A stretch of 64,000 bases of DNA from a virus. Position 1 is the stretch's first letter. Every line of letters starts with the position of its first letter. The stretch spans positions 1 through 64,000 of IMG/VR virus record IMGVR_UViG_3300045988_148900. One strand, written 5' to 3'. Positions 1-8,914 of this stretch are shown here, piece after piece. The notes beneath the pieces were generated by a model, which saw nothing but the letters and a program-made list of their open reading frames with translations, was not told where the DNA came from and did not search any database. The position numbers and the translations under genes are program-made.

Positions 1-18
1 TCCCTATCGATCACAACA

Positions 19-50
19 CAAAGGTAGGAAAATTAATTTTATTCTCCAAA
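19..50 (-). promoter_or_regulatory. Bacteroidota-type promoter (-33 TTTG, -7 TACCTTTG) firing leftward out of the window
   Basis: Minus strand reads TTTG-N20-TACCTTTG. It sits inside a 55-nt sequence (1-55) repeated exactly at 54137-54191. Confidence 0.5.
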
Positions 51-110
51 TAAAAAGGAAAGTTTGATTGTACTATCTTCACTCTCCTTAGCACTGTCTT
101 GAAAAAGACA

Positions 111-593
111 TTATTTTGTATTCCGCCTCTCTAACTCTTCGATCAAGGCGTCGGCAAACGCGCAAGCCATACTTGCAACCCCATCTTCAGCGTATGAAGT
201 ATCCATACCCAACGAAGACACAATCCCCTGCATTGCCTGCCCGGCATACACCCGCCGCCAGTACTCGCGAACAGGTATAAGGTCTTGAACAGTGGCTGAC
301 TTGGCCATTTCGTTAACATCAACAATGCGATTCATGCACTTTCCCTGCTCCAGCTTCTCGTCATCATCTTCTCGCATCATCAGATCTTGACTACACTTTG
401 TATTGGCTGGGAGCCAGCCCCCGTCATCTCGATACGATTGTGGTGTTTCTTTGCCAGACAAGGGATCTTGCACCATAGCTACTATTGAAAATAACGGATT
501 ATTTACATTGAAGCAAACAATACGTGCTTTACAGCCTCCCAGCGTGCACACCGCCGCACCTCGCTTGGCGGCCTCCAAATCGAAATTCTTCAT
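111..593 (-). CDS. hypothetical protein (160 aa)
   Basis: ORF track; ATG start, TAA stop; no motif recognised. Confidence 0.6.
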   Translation of the reverse strand: MKNFDLEAAKRGAAVCTLGGCKARIVCFNVNNPLFSIVAMVQDPLSGKETPQSYRDDGGWLPANTKCSQDLMMREDDDEKLEQGKCMNRIVDVNEMAKSATVQDLIPVREYWRRVYAGQAMQGIVSSLGMDTSYAEDGVASMACAFADALIEELERRNTK

Positions 594-613
594 AATATAT
601 TTAATTTATAAAA

Positions 614-916
614 TTATAACTGTTTCCACATCCACACAAAAGCCGGATCATCGTAATCGGCATAATCTTCATATCCCCGGCGTCTATACCAATCATGCAT
701 CCATGCGGACTTATCAACCCATAAAACACATGAGTCACAACCTAACCCGCGAGCAATATTCTTCAACGTAGCCAATAACTCATTCCCATAACCTTTACGT
801 CTTTGGCTCGACTTAACCTCCACATTCTTAAATACAGCAATAGACTGTCCAATATGTCGATAGATAACCGCCTTGCAGCACCTGTGCAGAGTTACGTGTA
901 ATTTTAAGTCAAGCAT
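614..916 (-). CDS. GNAT-family N-acetyltransferase-like protein (about 100 aa)
   Basis: The internal ATG at 914-916 sits just after the upstream stop (921-923). SSQRRKGYGNELL...WYRRRGY resembles the GNAT acetyl-CoA-binding core. Confidence 0.55.
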   Translation of the reverse strand: MLDLKLHVTLHRCCKAVIYRHIGQSIAVFKNVEVKSSQRRKGYGNELLATLKNIARGLGCDSCVLWVDKSAWMHDWYRRRGYEDYADYDDPAFVWMWKQL

Positions 917-920
917 AATA

Positions 921-1796
921 TCATGGAATTGATATCCACTGATAACTACATGGATCACACTGCAAAATGTCCATCCATTTGGCAACATTGTGGCAGTCGA
1001 TAAGTTCAACGCTCCCGTCCCACTTGTTCCGCACAAGGCGCGGCAGATGGCAGAATATCTCTTCTATGGTGTTATCGGTAACGCGACAGTCTGAGACAGC
1101 CTGAATGTCGTGCCATTGTGTCAGAGAAGAAACTCGATACTCTAAATCGGCAATCTCATCAGCTTGCTTATCTAATGCCCGCTCGTACGCAGCTACTGTC
1201 TGCGGGGCAATATCTTCCGCCTTGTCGATGTTGCGCCAATAGCGGCGAACCCAATTCCACATTGCATAGTAGAACTTATCCCGCATATCCCGCCGGTGCA
1301 AATCGGCCTGCGTGTCGTACTTGGCCGTGTGGTGGCATGGAGCAGACTTGATGCAGCGGAATGTGCCCGAATCGGTGATATACATCAGCCCTGCGAACTT
1401 CGGGCATTCAGCCTCGGAGATGATTCCATCCGGACAGACATACCAAAAGTAGTTAGGCTTCTGCATCGGTTCCTTGCCACACCCTATACCGTATTTGTCA
1501 TAGCTGTGGTATTTTGCTACCGTCATATCCTCTCCTCCCAGCAATCGCATTTTCTCCTGCTTGTGGGCAGCCTCATTCAGAAAATCTGAATGGCTGATCT
1601 TGATCTCACACTCGTACACATATCCGGCTTTTGAGATTGCCAAGTAGTCAGACTCCCAAGCATAGAAAAATAAACCAATCATCTCAAATGCAGGCTGTCG
1701 CAGGATTGGATGATTCTCATAGAAAGCCCGCTGAATACTATCCTCCGTATATTTATGCTTCTGTGCGACTACACCCCGTCGACCTCTAAGTCCCAT
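921..1796 (-). CDS. putative PD-(D/E)xK nuclease (MmcB-like)
   Basis: 291-aa ORF. YVYECEIKISHSDFLNE...K resembles the E-x-K core of restriction-endonuclease-fold nucleases. Recalled from memory, not searched. Confidence 0.45.
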   Translation of the reverse strand: MGLRGRRGVVAQKHKYTEDSIQRAFYENHPILRQPAFEMIGLFFYAWESDYLAISKAGYVYECEIKISHSDFLNEAAHKQEKMRLLGGEDMTVAKYHSYDKYGIGCGKEPMQKPNYFWYVCPDGIISEAECPKFAGLMYITDSGTFRCIKSAPCHHTAKYDTQADLHRRDMRDKFYYAMWNWVRRYWRNIDKAEDIAPQTVAAYERALDKQADEIADLEYRVSSLTQWHDIQAVSDCRVTDNTIEEIFCHLPRLVRNKWDGSVELIDCHNVAKWMDILQCDPCSYQWISIP

Positions 1797-1809
1797 GCAA
1801 TCAATAAAT

Positions 1810-2403
1810 TTATTTTACCAACTCAAATTCATAAGCAGTAACAAATAGATTAGATTCCCAAGTCCCAGAACCAGAAATCATATCAGTCAATGACGCAAAA
1901 GCCTCACGAGGTGTACCACCAAGCCATTCACGTAAAGTATTCGTGATACCGAGACTTACATAAAACATACGGGCTTTATGATCCCACTCAAGGCCCTCCT
2001 TGATGCAATCCGCGTCCGAAATATCCTGCAACCGCTTGCACTTGACTCCGGCGATGCAGATTCGGCGAGGCATAAGCTCCGCTTTAGTGAACAGCTTGTT
2101 ATTCCACCCTGCAAGGTCCTGCACGATTTCGAGGGGTATTTTATGCGCTTTGGCCACCTGAAGCAAAAACGTATCGACATCCGGATGTTCAGCAGCAATC
2201 GTCGAATATTTTTGCGCCACTGCCACGATCTCTCCGACCCCGTATTTTGGCAGTATCACATCCCCATTATTCCTTTTCGCCCATCCGAAGTTATCAGATA
2301 AAAAGTCCGGTTGCGGAGTTATTATCCATCGGGACATGATCTTCCGACCCTCAATAACCGCCTGCGTCAACCCATAGTGAGCATTAAAGTATATCTTCTG
2401 CAT
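1810..2403 (-). CDS. hypothetical protein (197 aa), possible ASCH/PUA-like fold
   Basis: ORF track. The N-terminal GLTQAVIEGRKxxxR pattern is reminiscent of ASCH domains; weak. Confidence 0.5.
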   Translation of the reverse strand: MQKIYFNAHYGLTQAVIEGRKIMSRWIITPQPDFLSDNFGWAKRNNGDVILPKYGVGEIVAVAQKYSTIAAEHPDVDTFLLQVAKAHKIPLEIVQDLAGWNNKLFTKAELMPRRICIAGVKCKRLQDISDADCIKEGLEWDHKARMFYVSLGITNTLREWLGGTPREAFASLTDMISGSGTWESNLFVTAYEFELVK

Positions 2404-2405
2404 AT

Positions 2406-2828
2406 CTATCTCTCTTTAAAATGCTCGACAAGCTCCTCAACCGTAGCCTTGCGCCAGTAACAATAATATTTCTCAAAGTTCTCCTTTAGCCATTCGGTAG
2501 ACCACTTGTCAGACAAACATAAACAAAAATCACCAGCAGTATCTGTAAACCACTGATCCCGGTCATTCTCGTCATTCATCGCCGCCAATGCTTTGAACAT
2601 CCCAATGTTTTCGCCACAATCAATAAGCCCATATGCCGCAAGCTCATCTGATGTATTACAATGGGGCACGTCAACGCATCCATCCTCCAACCCGACAACT
2701 ATAATCGAATTAGCCATATTAATTTGATGCCTTCCCGCGTACCCTCTATCGAACAACCATTTAAATAAATCAGTCCGCTTCTTTGCATCCTTAACACGAA
2801 CAAAGCACGGAGTAATGAATTTTATCAT
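2406..2828 (-). CDS. hypothetical protein (140 aa)
   Basis: ORF track. The TAG stop at 2406-2408 lies 2 nt before the next ATG (2401-2403). Confidence 0.6.
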   Translation of the reverse strand: MIKFITPCFVRVKDAKKRTDLFKWLFDRGYAGRHQINMANSIIVVGLEDGCVDVPHCNTSDELAAYGLIDCGENIGMFKALAAMNDENDRDQWFTDTAGDFCLCLSDKWSTEWLKENFEKYYCYWRKATVEELVEHFKER

Positions 2829-2832
2829 ATGC

Positions 2833-3066
2833 TTATCGTTTTAGATTGTTGGTTTTGTTAATCTCTGCGGCAATAGCCTCCACGGTCTTGCCCCGGCCTC
2901 GGCCATTGCGGCGCACTCGTTCTATTTTCTGGAACCGCCGAACAACTCCCGTTGGCTGAAGGTATTCATCGAGACCTGAATAGGCGACAACCTCATTGAG
3001 CCATTCCTTTACGTCGAATCCATCCGGCGGTCCCTGCCAAGTACCATCAATCAAAAAATTTTTCAC
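2833..3066 (-). CDS. hypothetical protein (about 77 aa)
   Basis: A GTG at 3064-3066 overlaps the upstream TGA (GTGA). The track's longer ATG start (3120) would overlap the upstream gene by 58 nt. Confidence 0.45.
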   Translation of the reverse strand: MKNFLIDGTWQGPPDGFDVKEWLNEVVAYSGLDEYLQPTGVVRRFQKIERVRRNGRGRGKTVEAIAAEINKTNNLKR

Positions 3067-3338
3067 TCCTTGTTCAGTTTTGAAATAAACAATGTAACAT
3101 ACTTGCAAGCATAGGTACAAGTGTAGTCATCACGGTCACGATGAAGACATTGGAACTCATTCAACGGACAACAGTCACGATGTGCCTTTATCGCTTCCGC
3201 AATCACCCGAGACTCTGCATCCAACTCAGCAAGTTCGACACACTCAATCACACGCCGCTTCAACATAGAAGCTGCACCATCACGGCTATTTCCAACGGCA
3301 TATTTTTCAATATACTCTTCTACTCTTTTACTATTCAT
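3063..3338 (-). CDS. hypothetical Cys-rich protein, paralog of 3335-3619
   Basis: Shares a Cys-rich C-terminus ending FISKLNKE, versus FIQKLNDV in its neighbour. Confidence 0.6.
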   Translation of the reverse strand: MNSKRVEEYIEKYAVGNSRDGAASMLKRRVIECVELAELDAESRVIAEAIKAHRDCCPLNEFQCLHRDRDDYTCTYACKYVTLFISKLNKE

Positions 3339-3619
3339 ACATCATTCAGTTTTTGAATAAACAATCTCAAGTCTTCACACAATGTAGGATCGCAAGCCCG
3401 ACCAGCACCACCACAACCATCCTTATACATACAAGAAGACTTGAATGCCTCTACCGATTTTTGCCGCATCTGTTCATAAGCCTCATCCTCGGCGAGTTCG
3501 ATAGCGATAGACACATCCCATCTTGATACGACCAACTCGCGCCCTCCGAATCTTTCAGCATACTCTTGTGCCGTACACGTGGCAAATGTAATGTATTCCT
3601 TTGCTTCCTCGCTTTTCAT
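3335..3619 (-). CDS. hypothetical Cys-rich protein, paralog of 3063-3338
   Basis: The ATG at 3617-3619 forms an ATGA overlap with the upstream stop (3616-3618). Confidence 0.6.
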   Translation of the reverse strand: MKSEEAKEYITFATCTAQEYAERFGGRELVVSRWDVSIAIELAEDEAYEQMRQKSVEAFKSSCMYKDGCGGAGRACDPTLCEDLRLFIQKLNDV

Positions 3620-3873
3620 AGTCTTATGGCATTTGTTATCAAGCATATCGTCTTTTTGCCATTATCACATCTCAGTTTCAATAGCGGAGAATTCTCCCTT
3701 ATCCCATGACCAACAACCACCCCTCTGACATGCTTGCTCTTTTTGGACTGAACAAGACACCCAATAGGGAAGTTTGACAAGGCAGACGCCATCAATATGG
3801 CACATTTTTTACATTGATCTTCATACTCGGCTATTGTACGCAGGGCTTGCTGATACTCTTTTTCTGTTATCAT
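3616..3873 (-). CDS. hypothetical protein (85 aa)
   Basis: ORF track. Confidence 0.55.
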   Translation of the reverse strand: MITEKEYQQALRTIAEYEDQCKKCAILMASALSNFPIGCLVQSKKSKHVRGVVVGHGIRENSPLLKLRCDNGKKTICLITNAIRL

Positions 3874-3876
3874 GGC

Positions 3877-4038
3877 TCAATCATTTTTATCGTTATCGTC
3901 ATCGGGATAGCTCACATCCTCATAATTCACGCAGAAGTCGAGGTCCGGATTATCGTCGAATATTCCTTTGGCTCGGCATTCTTCGTACTTTCGGCAGTTA
4001 TCGCAATGGCATTCGTTTATTAGTCTGTTGATCTTCAT
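3877..4038 (-). CDS. small Cys-rich acidic protein (53 aa), below the ORF-track size cutoff
   Basis: Hand translation gives MKINRLINECHCDNCRKYEECRAKG...DDDNDKND. Its ATG overlaps the upstream TGA (ATGA), and its stop lies 3 nt before the next ATG. Confidence 0.5.
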   Translation of the reverse strand: MKINRLINECHCDNCRKYEECRAKGIFDDNPDLDFCVNYEDVSYPDDDNDKND

Positions 4039-4211
4039 TTTCTCTTCCCTTTTAGCTCCGCAACGCGGTGGAGGATATGATTTCTCATCGCTTCATTAGC
4101 AAATTTTAATGCTCCGAAATAGCCCTTACACTCGGCAAGCATTAAAATCAAATCATCCGGGAACTCTTTGCGGGCCTCCCGCCGCAGTCGTTTCAGTTGG
4201 CGTGTTTTCAT
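4035..4211 (-). CDS. small basic protein (58 aa), below the ORF-track size cutoff
   Basis: Hand translation gives MKTRQLKRLRREARKEFPDD...AELKGKRK. There is an ATGA overlap with the stop of 4208-4585. Confidence 0.5.
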   Translation of the reverse strand: MKTRQLKRLRREARKEFPDDLILMLAECKGYFGALKFANEAMRNHILHRVAELKGKRK

Positions 4212-4585
4212 CGTTTAATCAACTTTGCATGTAAACCATCAATCTCATACTCCCGGTAGCATTTATCGCAGATGATTAGCCCATCCTCATAAACCGGGCA
4301 TTCCAAATCTTCCCAAACGTCAGTATAATTAATGCCCCTCGCCTGAATCGCATTTCCGCAAATGCACCTGAACTCACAGACGACTTCGTACTTAATATCT
4401 TCCACATGAATGTGGACATCTAACAGGCCATCATTGGCGGCCTTTTCCCGTTGTGTACGTTCGCGCTCGATCTTCTGCAAAAGCGTGATTTGTTCGGGAT
4501 TGCCGATTTCAGGTTTTACCTCTATATCCCCGCGCATAAACTTGCCATCCACGAGGCGCAACGGCATTCCTACTGCATGTCTCAT
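4208..4585 (-). CDS. hypothetical zinc-ribbon-like protein (125 aa)
   Basis: ORF track. Cys pairs CxC...CDKC are present. Confidence 0.6.
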   Translation of the reverse strand: MRHAVGMPLRLVDGKFMRGDIEVKPEIGNPEQITLLQKIERERTQREKAANDGLLDVHIHVEDIKYEVVCEFRCICGNAIQARGINYTDVWEDLECPVYEDGLIICDKCYREYEIDGLHAKLIKR

Positions 4586-4953
4586 AACTCCAACTCGTAA
4601 CCGTTAGACACAAGCCACTCAATAGCATCTTCCAGCAGATGCAAGAAAGAGATTCGATCCTGCCATCCAACCTGCGTCTCTTCATCTCCCCAATACAAAC
4701 ACCAACAAGGGCTGGTGGACGAACAGGCCTCAATGTGCAAAATATGGACTGCGCCTCCATTGGTCGTTATCTTTTTCGGCAACATCCCCAGCAGGTCCGC
4801 GACCGTGAAGGCCGGGATAACATCTTCTCGTATTTTTTCTTTCGGAGGATAACCATTCACTTGATAAGGCTGAGCATATAATTTAGGCTCACCCTGAGTA
4901 AAGTGGCTCTGATAAGTCAGGCTCGCCTTCTCTGCCGGAACGCCCAACTCCAA
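4582..4953 (-). CDS. hypothetical protein whose 5' end appears frameshifted in an A6 run
   Basis: The ORF track starts at a TTG. A homologous N-terminus (KNQVTSIEQSRRLLELG) continues upstream to an ATG at 4994-4996 that is out of frame by one A. Confidence 0.5.
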   Translation of the reverse strand: MELGVPAEKASLTYQSHFTQGEPKLYAQPYQVNGYPPKEKIREDVIPAFTVADLLGMLPKKITTNGGAVHILHIEACSSTSPCWCLYWGDEETQVGWQDRISFLHLLEDAIEWLVSNGYELEL

Positions 4954-4992
4954 CAGGCGGCGAGACTGCTCAATGCTTGTTACCTGATTTTT

Positions 4993-5586
4993 TCATAACT
5001 CATAAGGATTTTTGACAAAAGTATTGACGTCCAAAGCAAGGTCAACAAAAATCAGCCCTCGATAATCGAACATCCATTGAGATAACATATCAAGAGCATC
5101 CATATTAAAAAGCATATCTGCCATAGGAGATGAAGCGAAATCATCGTCATACCAGAGACTAAAAGAACCAGATGCAGAATTCCAATCAAACAAATAACCC
5201 TGAGAGTCGTCCAAGTATGTCATCTCAAAACCATAAGCAACATGCCCACCATTCTCGCACCGCACAAGCCCAGAATATCCAAGCAACTTGGCAATCTCAA
5301 CCATAGGCACAAAAGTCTGGCCCCTGTGTGTGATCTCGTTGACCAGATCCGACATGGGACGAAGAATAGGCTTTATATCGCTGAGGTAATCATACTGCTG
5401 ACAGTCGCCACCATCACAACACAAACCAACATCCCCGTCCATACAAGGGTCTACATTGCCAAGCTGAGACAGCAACCAAATATCCAAATCTCTATCTTGA
5501 ACTTTCAACCCATACGGAATATATGAAGCAATATCCTTCTGCTCCAAAACACACGGCGAAATGTTAGTACTTTTAAGAAAACCCAT
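4993..5586 (-). CDS. hypothetical protein, paralog of 6193-6705
   Basis: Shares YIPYGL and ILRPMS motifs with 6193-6705. The ATG at 5584-5586 was chosen because it follows the upstream stop (5601). Confidence 0.6.
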   Translation of the reverse strand: MGFLKSTNISPCVLEQKDIASYIPYGLKVQDRDLDIWLLSQLGNVDPCMDGDVGLCCDGGDCQQYDYLSDIKPILRPMSDLVNEITHRGQTFVPMVEIAKLLGYSGLVRCENGGHVAYGFEMTYLDDSQGYLFDWNSASGSFSLWYDDDFASSPMADMLFNMDALDMLSQWMFDYRGLIFVDLALDVNTFVKNPYEL

Positions 5587-5600
5587 AAGACGTATGAAGA

Positions 5601-5822
5601 TTAGTGATAAGCATAAAACCAACGATACATGTGACGATCGTGATCCGAGGAAGCGTCATGCCCTATAATAAGACGCCCACATGAAGGACACCGCTTCTGA
5701 TTATCGCATATAGCAACATGACAACACGTAGTAAACATAGTGGAGTTATAAGGACTACAGAGATAAACATACCCCATAGGTAACTCCTCCGACCTCGGAT
5801 TATAATTGCAACTCATAATCAT
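5601..5822 (-). CDS. small zinc-ribbon protein
   Basis: Contains CCHVAIC...CPSCG. First ATG used; the track start is a TTG at 5840. Confidence 0.45.
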   Translation of the reverse strand: MIMSCNYNPRSEELPMGYVYLCSPYNSTMFTTCCHVAICDNQKRCPSCGRLIIGHDASSDHDRHMYRWFYAYH

Positions 5823-5877
5823 GAGATAAAACCCACTCAATAGTAGTAACCTGATCTTTCATAAGTAATAAAAAAAA

Positions 5878-6111
5878 TTAGCACAAAATTGTATAGTTGT
5901 TTCTTAAATATGAATTCCAAGAATCCCTCGCAGCATACCAAACAGCACAAGAACGAGTGATAGAATCACTAAAGATAAAAGCTCCACTAACCGCCATATC
6001 ATAAAGACAAGAATAAGCAGCAGGAGCATCCCATAAGTAACCAATATACTCTGACAAGGTTAAAGGACGTGAACGACTATACAGAAGATTCATACAAAAA
6101 TCAGAGTACAA
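5878..6111 (-). CDS. hypothetical protein, paralog of 6720-7007, with its canonical start apparently lost
   Basis: Homology to the paralog continues upstream to an ATA codon (6178-6180) at the position where the paralog has ATG. Confidence 0.45.
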   Translation of the reverse strand: MYSDFCMNLLYSRSRPLTLSEYIGYLWDAPAAYSCLYDMAVSGAFIFSDSITRSCAVWYAARDSWNSYLRNNYTILC

Positions 6112-6192
6112 GCCAACCTCCTTAAGCCACTCCCGAAAAACATGAGTATATTCCTGTAGGGAAGTTATTTTAATCTTTATGGCGCAACAGAA

Positions 6193-6705
6193 TTAAAACC
6201 TCCTACAATCGCTATAAGGATTACAATCCAAAGTATCCGCATCCACTGCAAGCCCACGCTCGATAAGACCACCCACGTCGAAACGCCAACGATAAAGAAG
6301 ATCAAAGCACCCCTTGGGCATACTCTCATTAGTACCAAAATAATGAGTTATTCGCCCCTGCGGCGTAAAAGTGTAAACCATCACAAAAGAATCTCGATCC
6401 ACAACAATCCAAGAATCTTCCGGAATATCCGGACTGCAATACAACGCAAGCTCCACTGCCGGAATGAAAGAATCCACCCGGTAATCAAAGTCACGAATAG
6501 GTTTACTCAGAAACGACATAGGGCGTAATATCGGACGAACATCCGACAGGGAAAAAGAACCTCCTCGTCGTACAAAACCACCAGTAAGCGGAAGATGACC
6601 AGACGAAAGCGGAACTAAAAAGTCTACCGTCTGATCCGGGAACTGAAAAGCCAAACCATAGGGAATATAGCCCCATAAATCCTGAATACTAACTACATTT
6701 GACAT
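6193..6705 (-). CDS. hypothetical protein, paralog of 4993-5586
   Basis: ORF track plus paralogy. Confidence 0.6.
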   Translation of the reverse strand: MSNVVSIQDLWGYIPYGLAFQFPDQTVDFLVPLSSGHLPLTGGFVRRGGSFSLSDVRPILRPMSFLSKPIRDFDYRVDSFIPAVELALYCSPDIPEDSWIVVDRDSFVMVYTFTPQGRITHYFGTNESMPKGCFDLLYRWRFDVGGLIERGLAVDADTLDCNPYSDCRRF

Positions 6706-6719
6706 AAATATAGCATATT

Positions 6720-7007
6720 TTAATTTACAATGGTGAAATTTCTATCCAAGTAAGCATCCCATGCTGCTGCGCAATCATACCAAACCTCTCCAGCACAATA
6801 TGGTGCCCTATGAAAAATAAACGATGACCAAAGACCCATCTTTTGAGCACGAGACTTGAATTGCCACAAGCCAACTACAAATTCAGATAGAGTCTTACCA
6901 TGCCACAATAACAAGTTCATACAGAAATCACCATACAAACCATTATCCTTGAGCCAAGCCCGAAGCACCTTAGTATAAAGGACGGCACTATCAATCACTA
7001 TACTCAT
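6720..7007 (-). CDS. hypothetical protein, paralog of 5878-6111
   Basis: Shares YGDFCMNLL and related segments with its paralog. It is the first gene after the promoter at 7054-7084. Confidence 0.6.
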   Translation of the reverse strand: MSIVIDSAVLYTKVLRAWLKDNGLYGDFCMNLLLWHGKTLSEFVVGLWQFKSRAQKMGLWSSFIFHRAPYCAGEVWYDCAAAWDAYLDRNFTIVN

Positions 7008-7053
7008 AGTAACAACTTAAATGTCTATTAGTTCTAAAATCAACTCTACATCA

Positions 7054-7084
7054 CAAAAGTAGTAAATTAAATGTATAATCCAAA
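7054..7084 (-). promoter_or_regulatory. Bacteroidota-type promoter (TTTG-N19-TACTTTTG)
   Basis: Minus strand reads TTTGGATTATACATTTAATTTACTACTTTTG. It lies about 45 nt upstream of the 7007 start. Confidence 0.55.
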
Positions 7085-7184
7085 ATAAATATAAAGAAAA
7101 AATAAAGACAACCTATCAGTCGTCTTTATTCATATACCCAAGCAGCCGCAGATTCCCATCTGTAACTACAAACATAAACGTAAC

Positions 7185-7463
7185 CTAACCCTTCTGACTG
7201 TCATCGTTACCGTCCTCAGAACCATGCTCCCGGTACCTACTCTCCTCATTCTCCATGTGGCAAACCAAATCGCCAAGCAATAAAGTAAGTAGACACCAGA
7301 AGCCAACGTAAGGAATAGCAACGACCTTCCAGTAACGCCACGGAACAGGTGCCTCCTCGTACCTATACATGCCTGAAAAGCATAACATGAGGCACACAAA
7401 AAAGACATACGACAAAACGTAATACAAAACAGTGGCCCAGAACAAAAAGATCAAAAATCCCAT
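7185..7463 (-). CDS. small membrane protein (92 aa)
   Basis: Two or three hydrophobic helices followed by an acidic C-terminus. Confidence 0.5.
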   Translation of the reverse strand: MGFLIFLFWATVLYYVLSYVFFVCLMLCFSGMYRYEEAPVPWRYWKVVAIPYVGFWCLLTLLLGDLVCHMENEESRYREHGSEDGNDDSQKG

Positions 7464-7497
7464 AAGCCCTCATCAATTATAGGTTCGACAGTCTCCT

Positions 7498-7659
7498 CTA
7501 CACAAACCAAAGCCCAGTCGGGAACAAAAGACCAAATAGACAAAATAAACCTCCTACTAAAGTAATAAACAAAATCGCTGACAAGACAACAACAAGGCAC
7601 GTCGTCCGAAGCCCAAGACATCGCAAAAAGCCAACATAAGCATCCCGAAAGTCGTCCAT
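7498..7659 (-). CDS. small membrane protein (53 aa), below the ORF-track size cutoff
   Basis: Hand translation gives MDDFRDAYVGFLRCLGLRTTCLVVVLSAILFITLVGGLFCLFGLLFPTGLWFV. Its ATG lies 2 nt after the upstream TAG. Confidence 0.45.
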   Translation of the reverse strand: MDDFRDAYVGFLRCLGLRTTCLVVVLSAILFITLVGGLFCLFGLLFPTGLWFV

Positions 7660-7661
7660 CG

Positions 7662-7859
7662 CTATAAAGTATTAACGTCCCCGGAACACAAACGCTTCCG
7701 CATGTCCTTCAAAGACAAATTGTGCTTCTGACCATCGAAGAAAGAAGCAACAAGCAAATCCTGATCCGGAATGATCTTGCAAACCAAAAAAGTGGTATCA
7801 AACTCTGTAGACCGATACGTCCTACCTACAACAAAAACAGGCTTAGCCTTCTTAACCAT
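7662..7859 (-). CDS. hypothetical protein (65 aa)
   Basis: ORF track. Confidence 0.5.
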   Translation of the reverse strand: MVKKAKPVFVVGRTYRSTEFDTTFLVCKIIPDQDLLVASFFDGQKHNLSLKDMRKRLCSGDVNTL

Positions 7860-7863
7860 AACA

Positions 7864-8085
7864 CTAACTGAAGCTACACAGAACAGAAACTATTGAACTT
7901 TCCTCGAAAGCAGCAACGTAAACAGAACCCAAGTCCTTCAAGAAATGGAAACCATCCCAGTATAGCCACAAGGTGCTCATGTCTGACATGAGACACAAGT
8001 AACCACCACAAGACGCTCCGCACCGACGGAACTGACCCACAGCAACCCAAGACCCATCTACCTCACTACCCGGACAATAACACAC
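7864..8085 (-). CDS. hypothetical protein; start uncertain (an internal ATG at 7986 is possible)
   Basis: ORF track only. Confidence 0.3.
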   Translation of the reverse strand: MCYCPGSEVDGSWVAVGQFRRCGASCGGYLCLMSDMSTLWLYWDGFHFLKDLGSVYVAAFEESSIVSVLCSFS

Positions 8086-8111
8086 GATTCAATAAAAATA
8101 ACTAACGACCT

Positions 8112-8147
8112 AAACGTAAGAAACGGCTCATGCCGAAAGCACAAGCC
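8112..8147 (-). terminator. putative intrinsic terminator after 8183-8875
   Basis: Minus strand reads GGCTTGTGC-TTTC-GGCATGAGCC, a 9-bp stem with two G:U pairs, followed by GTTTCTTACGTTT. Confidence 0.4.
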
Positions 8148-8182
8148 ATGACCTATAACCACCTATCAAGCATCAACACCCA

Positions 8183-8875
8183 TCACTTCGCATATAAGGA
8201 AAGAAGACCTGCAAAGCCCGCACGATCCAACTGAGACGAGATATTAGCAATATCGAAACCATGAGACGAAAAAGAAAGACCAACAACACCCAAAGGCTTC
8301 GTGCCCAAGAACAAGACCCGAAGGGCAATACAATGAACATCGTTAGACTTTAACTTAAAATAAAGACGCTCGTCGATGTCGCGAATACCATCAACACAGC
8401 CATAATAAGAACCTACACGAACAAGATGAAAAATAAAAGGATACTTGGCAAGATCAAAATCAGTATACTCATCACTCACGCTGTTAACACCATCCCCGGT
8501 AACCTCCATACGCAAATTACCAAATACAAAAGGAAGCTCCGTGGCCATGTTCTTGGTCCCGTTGTGAAACTCCAAAACCCAAGCACGCGACGCACCCGTC
8601 TTAGCCTGAAGCTGGGAGAGCAAACCTAAAACCTGAGAGTCTACCTGAATCCTCCGGGAAATAGCCTCCGAATGACGTGCCCGCTGAATGGCCTCAACCT
8701 TATCTAAAACAAAAGACGGATTCAAAACTGCAAGCAGAAGCAACAGCAGAAAAATACACTGAAGTATATTAAAGAATCCGTACTTATTCTTCAAGGACAA
8801 AAGCTGCTTCAACCAACCAATGGCCGGACTAACAGACTCTGAAGCCGAAGCAACACTCTTTTTATTATCAGACAT
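8183..8875 (-). CDS. membrane-anchored hypothetical protein (230 aa)
   Basis: N-terminal TM helix (FLLLLLLAVL). Preceded by the 14-mer motif 22 nt upstream. Confidence 0.6.
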   Translation of the reverse strand: MSDNKKSVASASESVSPAIGWLKQLLSLKNKYGFFNILQCIFLLLLLLAVLNPSFVLDKVEAIQRARHSEAISRRIQVDSQVLGLLSQLQAKTGASRAWVLEFHNGTKNMATELPFVFGNLRMEVTGDGVNSVSDEYTDFDLAKYPFIFHLVRVGSYYGCVDGIRDIDERLYFKLKSNDVHCIALRVLFLGTKPLGVVGLSFSSHGFDIANISSQLDRAGFAGLLSLYAK

Positions 8876-8897
8876 AAGACTAAAACTACTATTTTCC

Positions 8898-8911
8898 GGA
8901 TATATAATTGC
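8898..8911 (-). promoter_or_regulatory. conserved 14-mer GCAATTATATATCC (candidate late promoter)
   Basis: Exact copy, 22 nt upstream of the ATG at 8875. Confidence 0.6.
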
Positions 8912-8914
8912 AAG

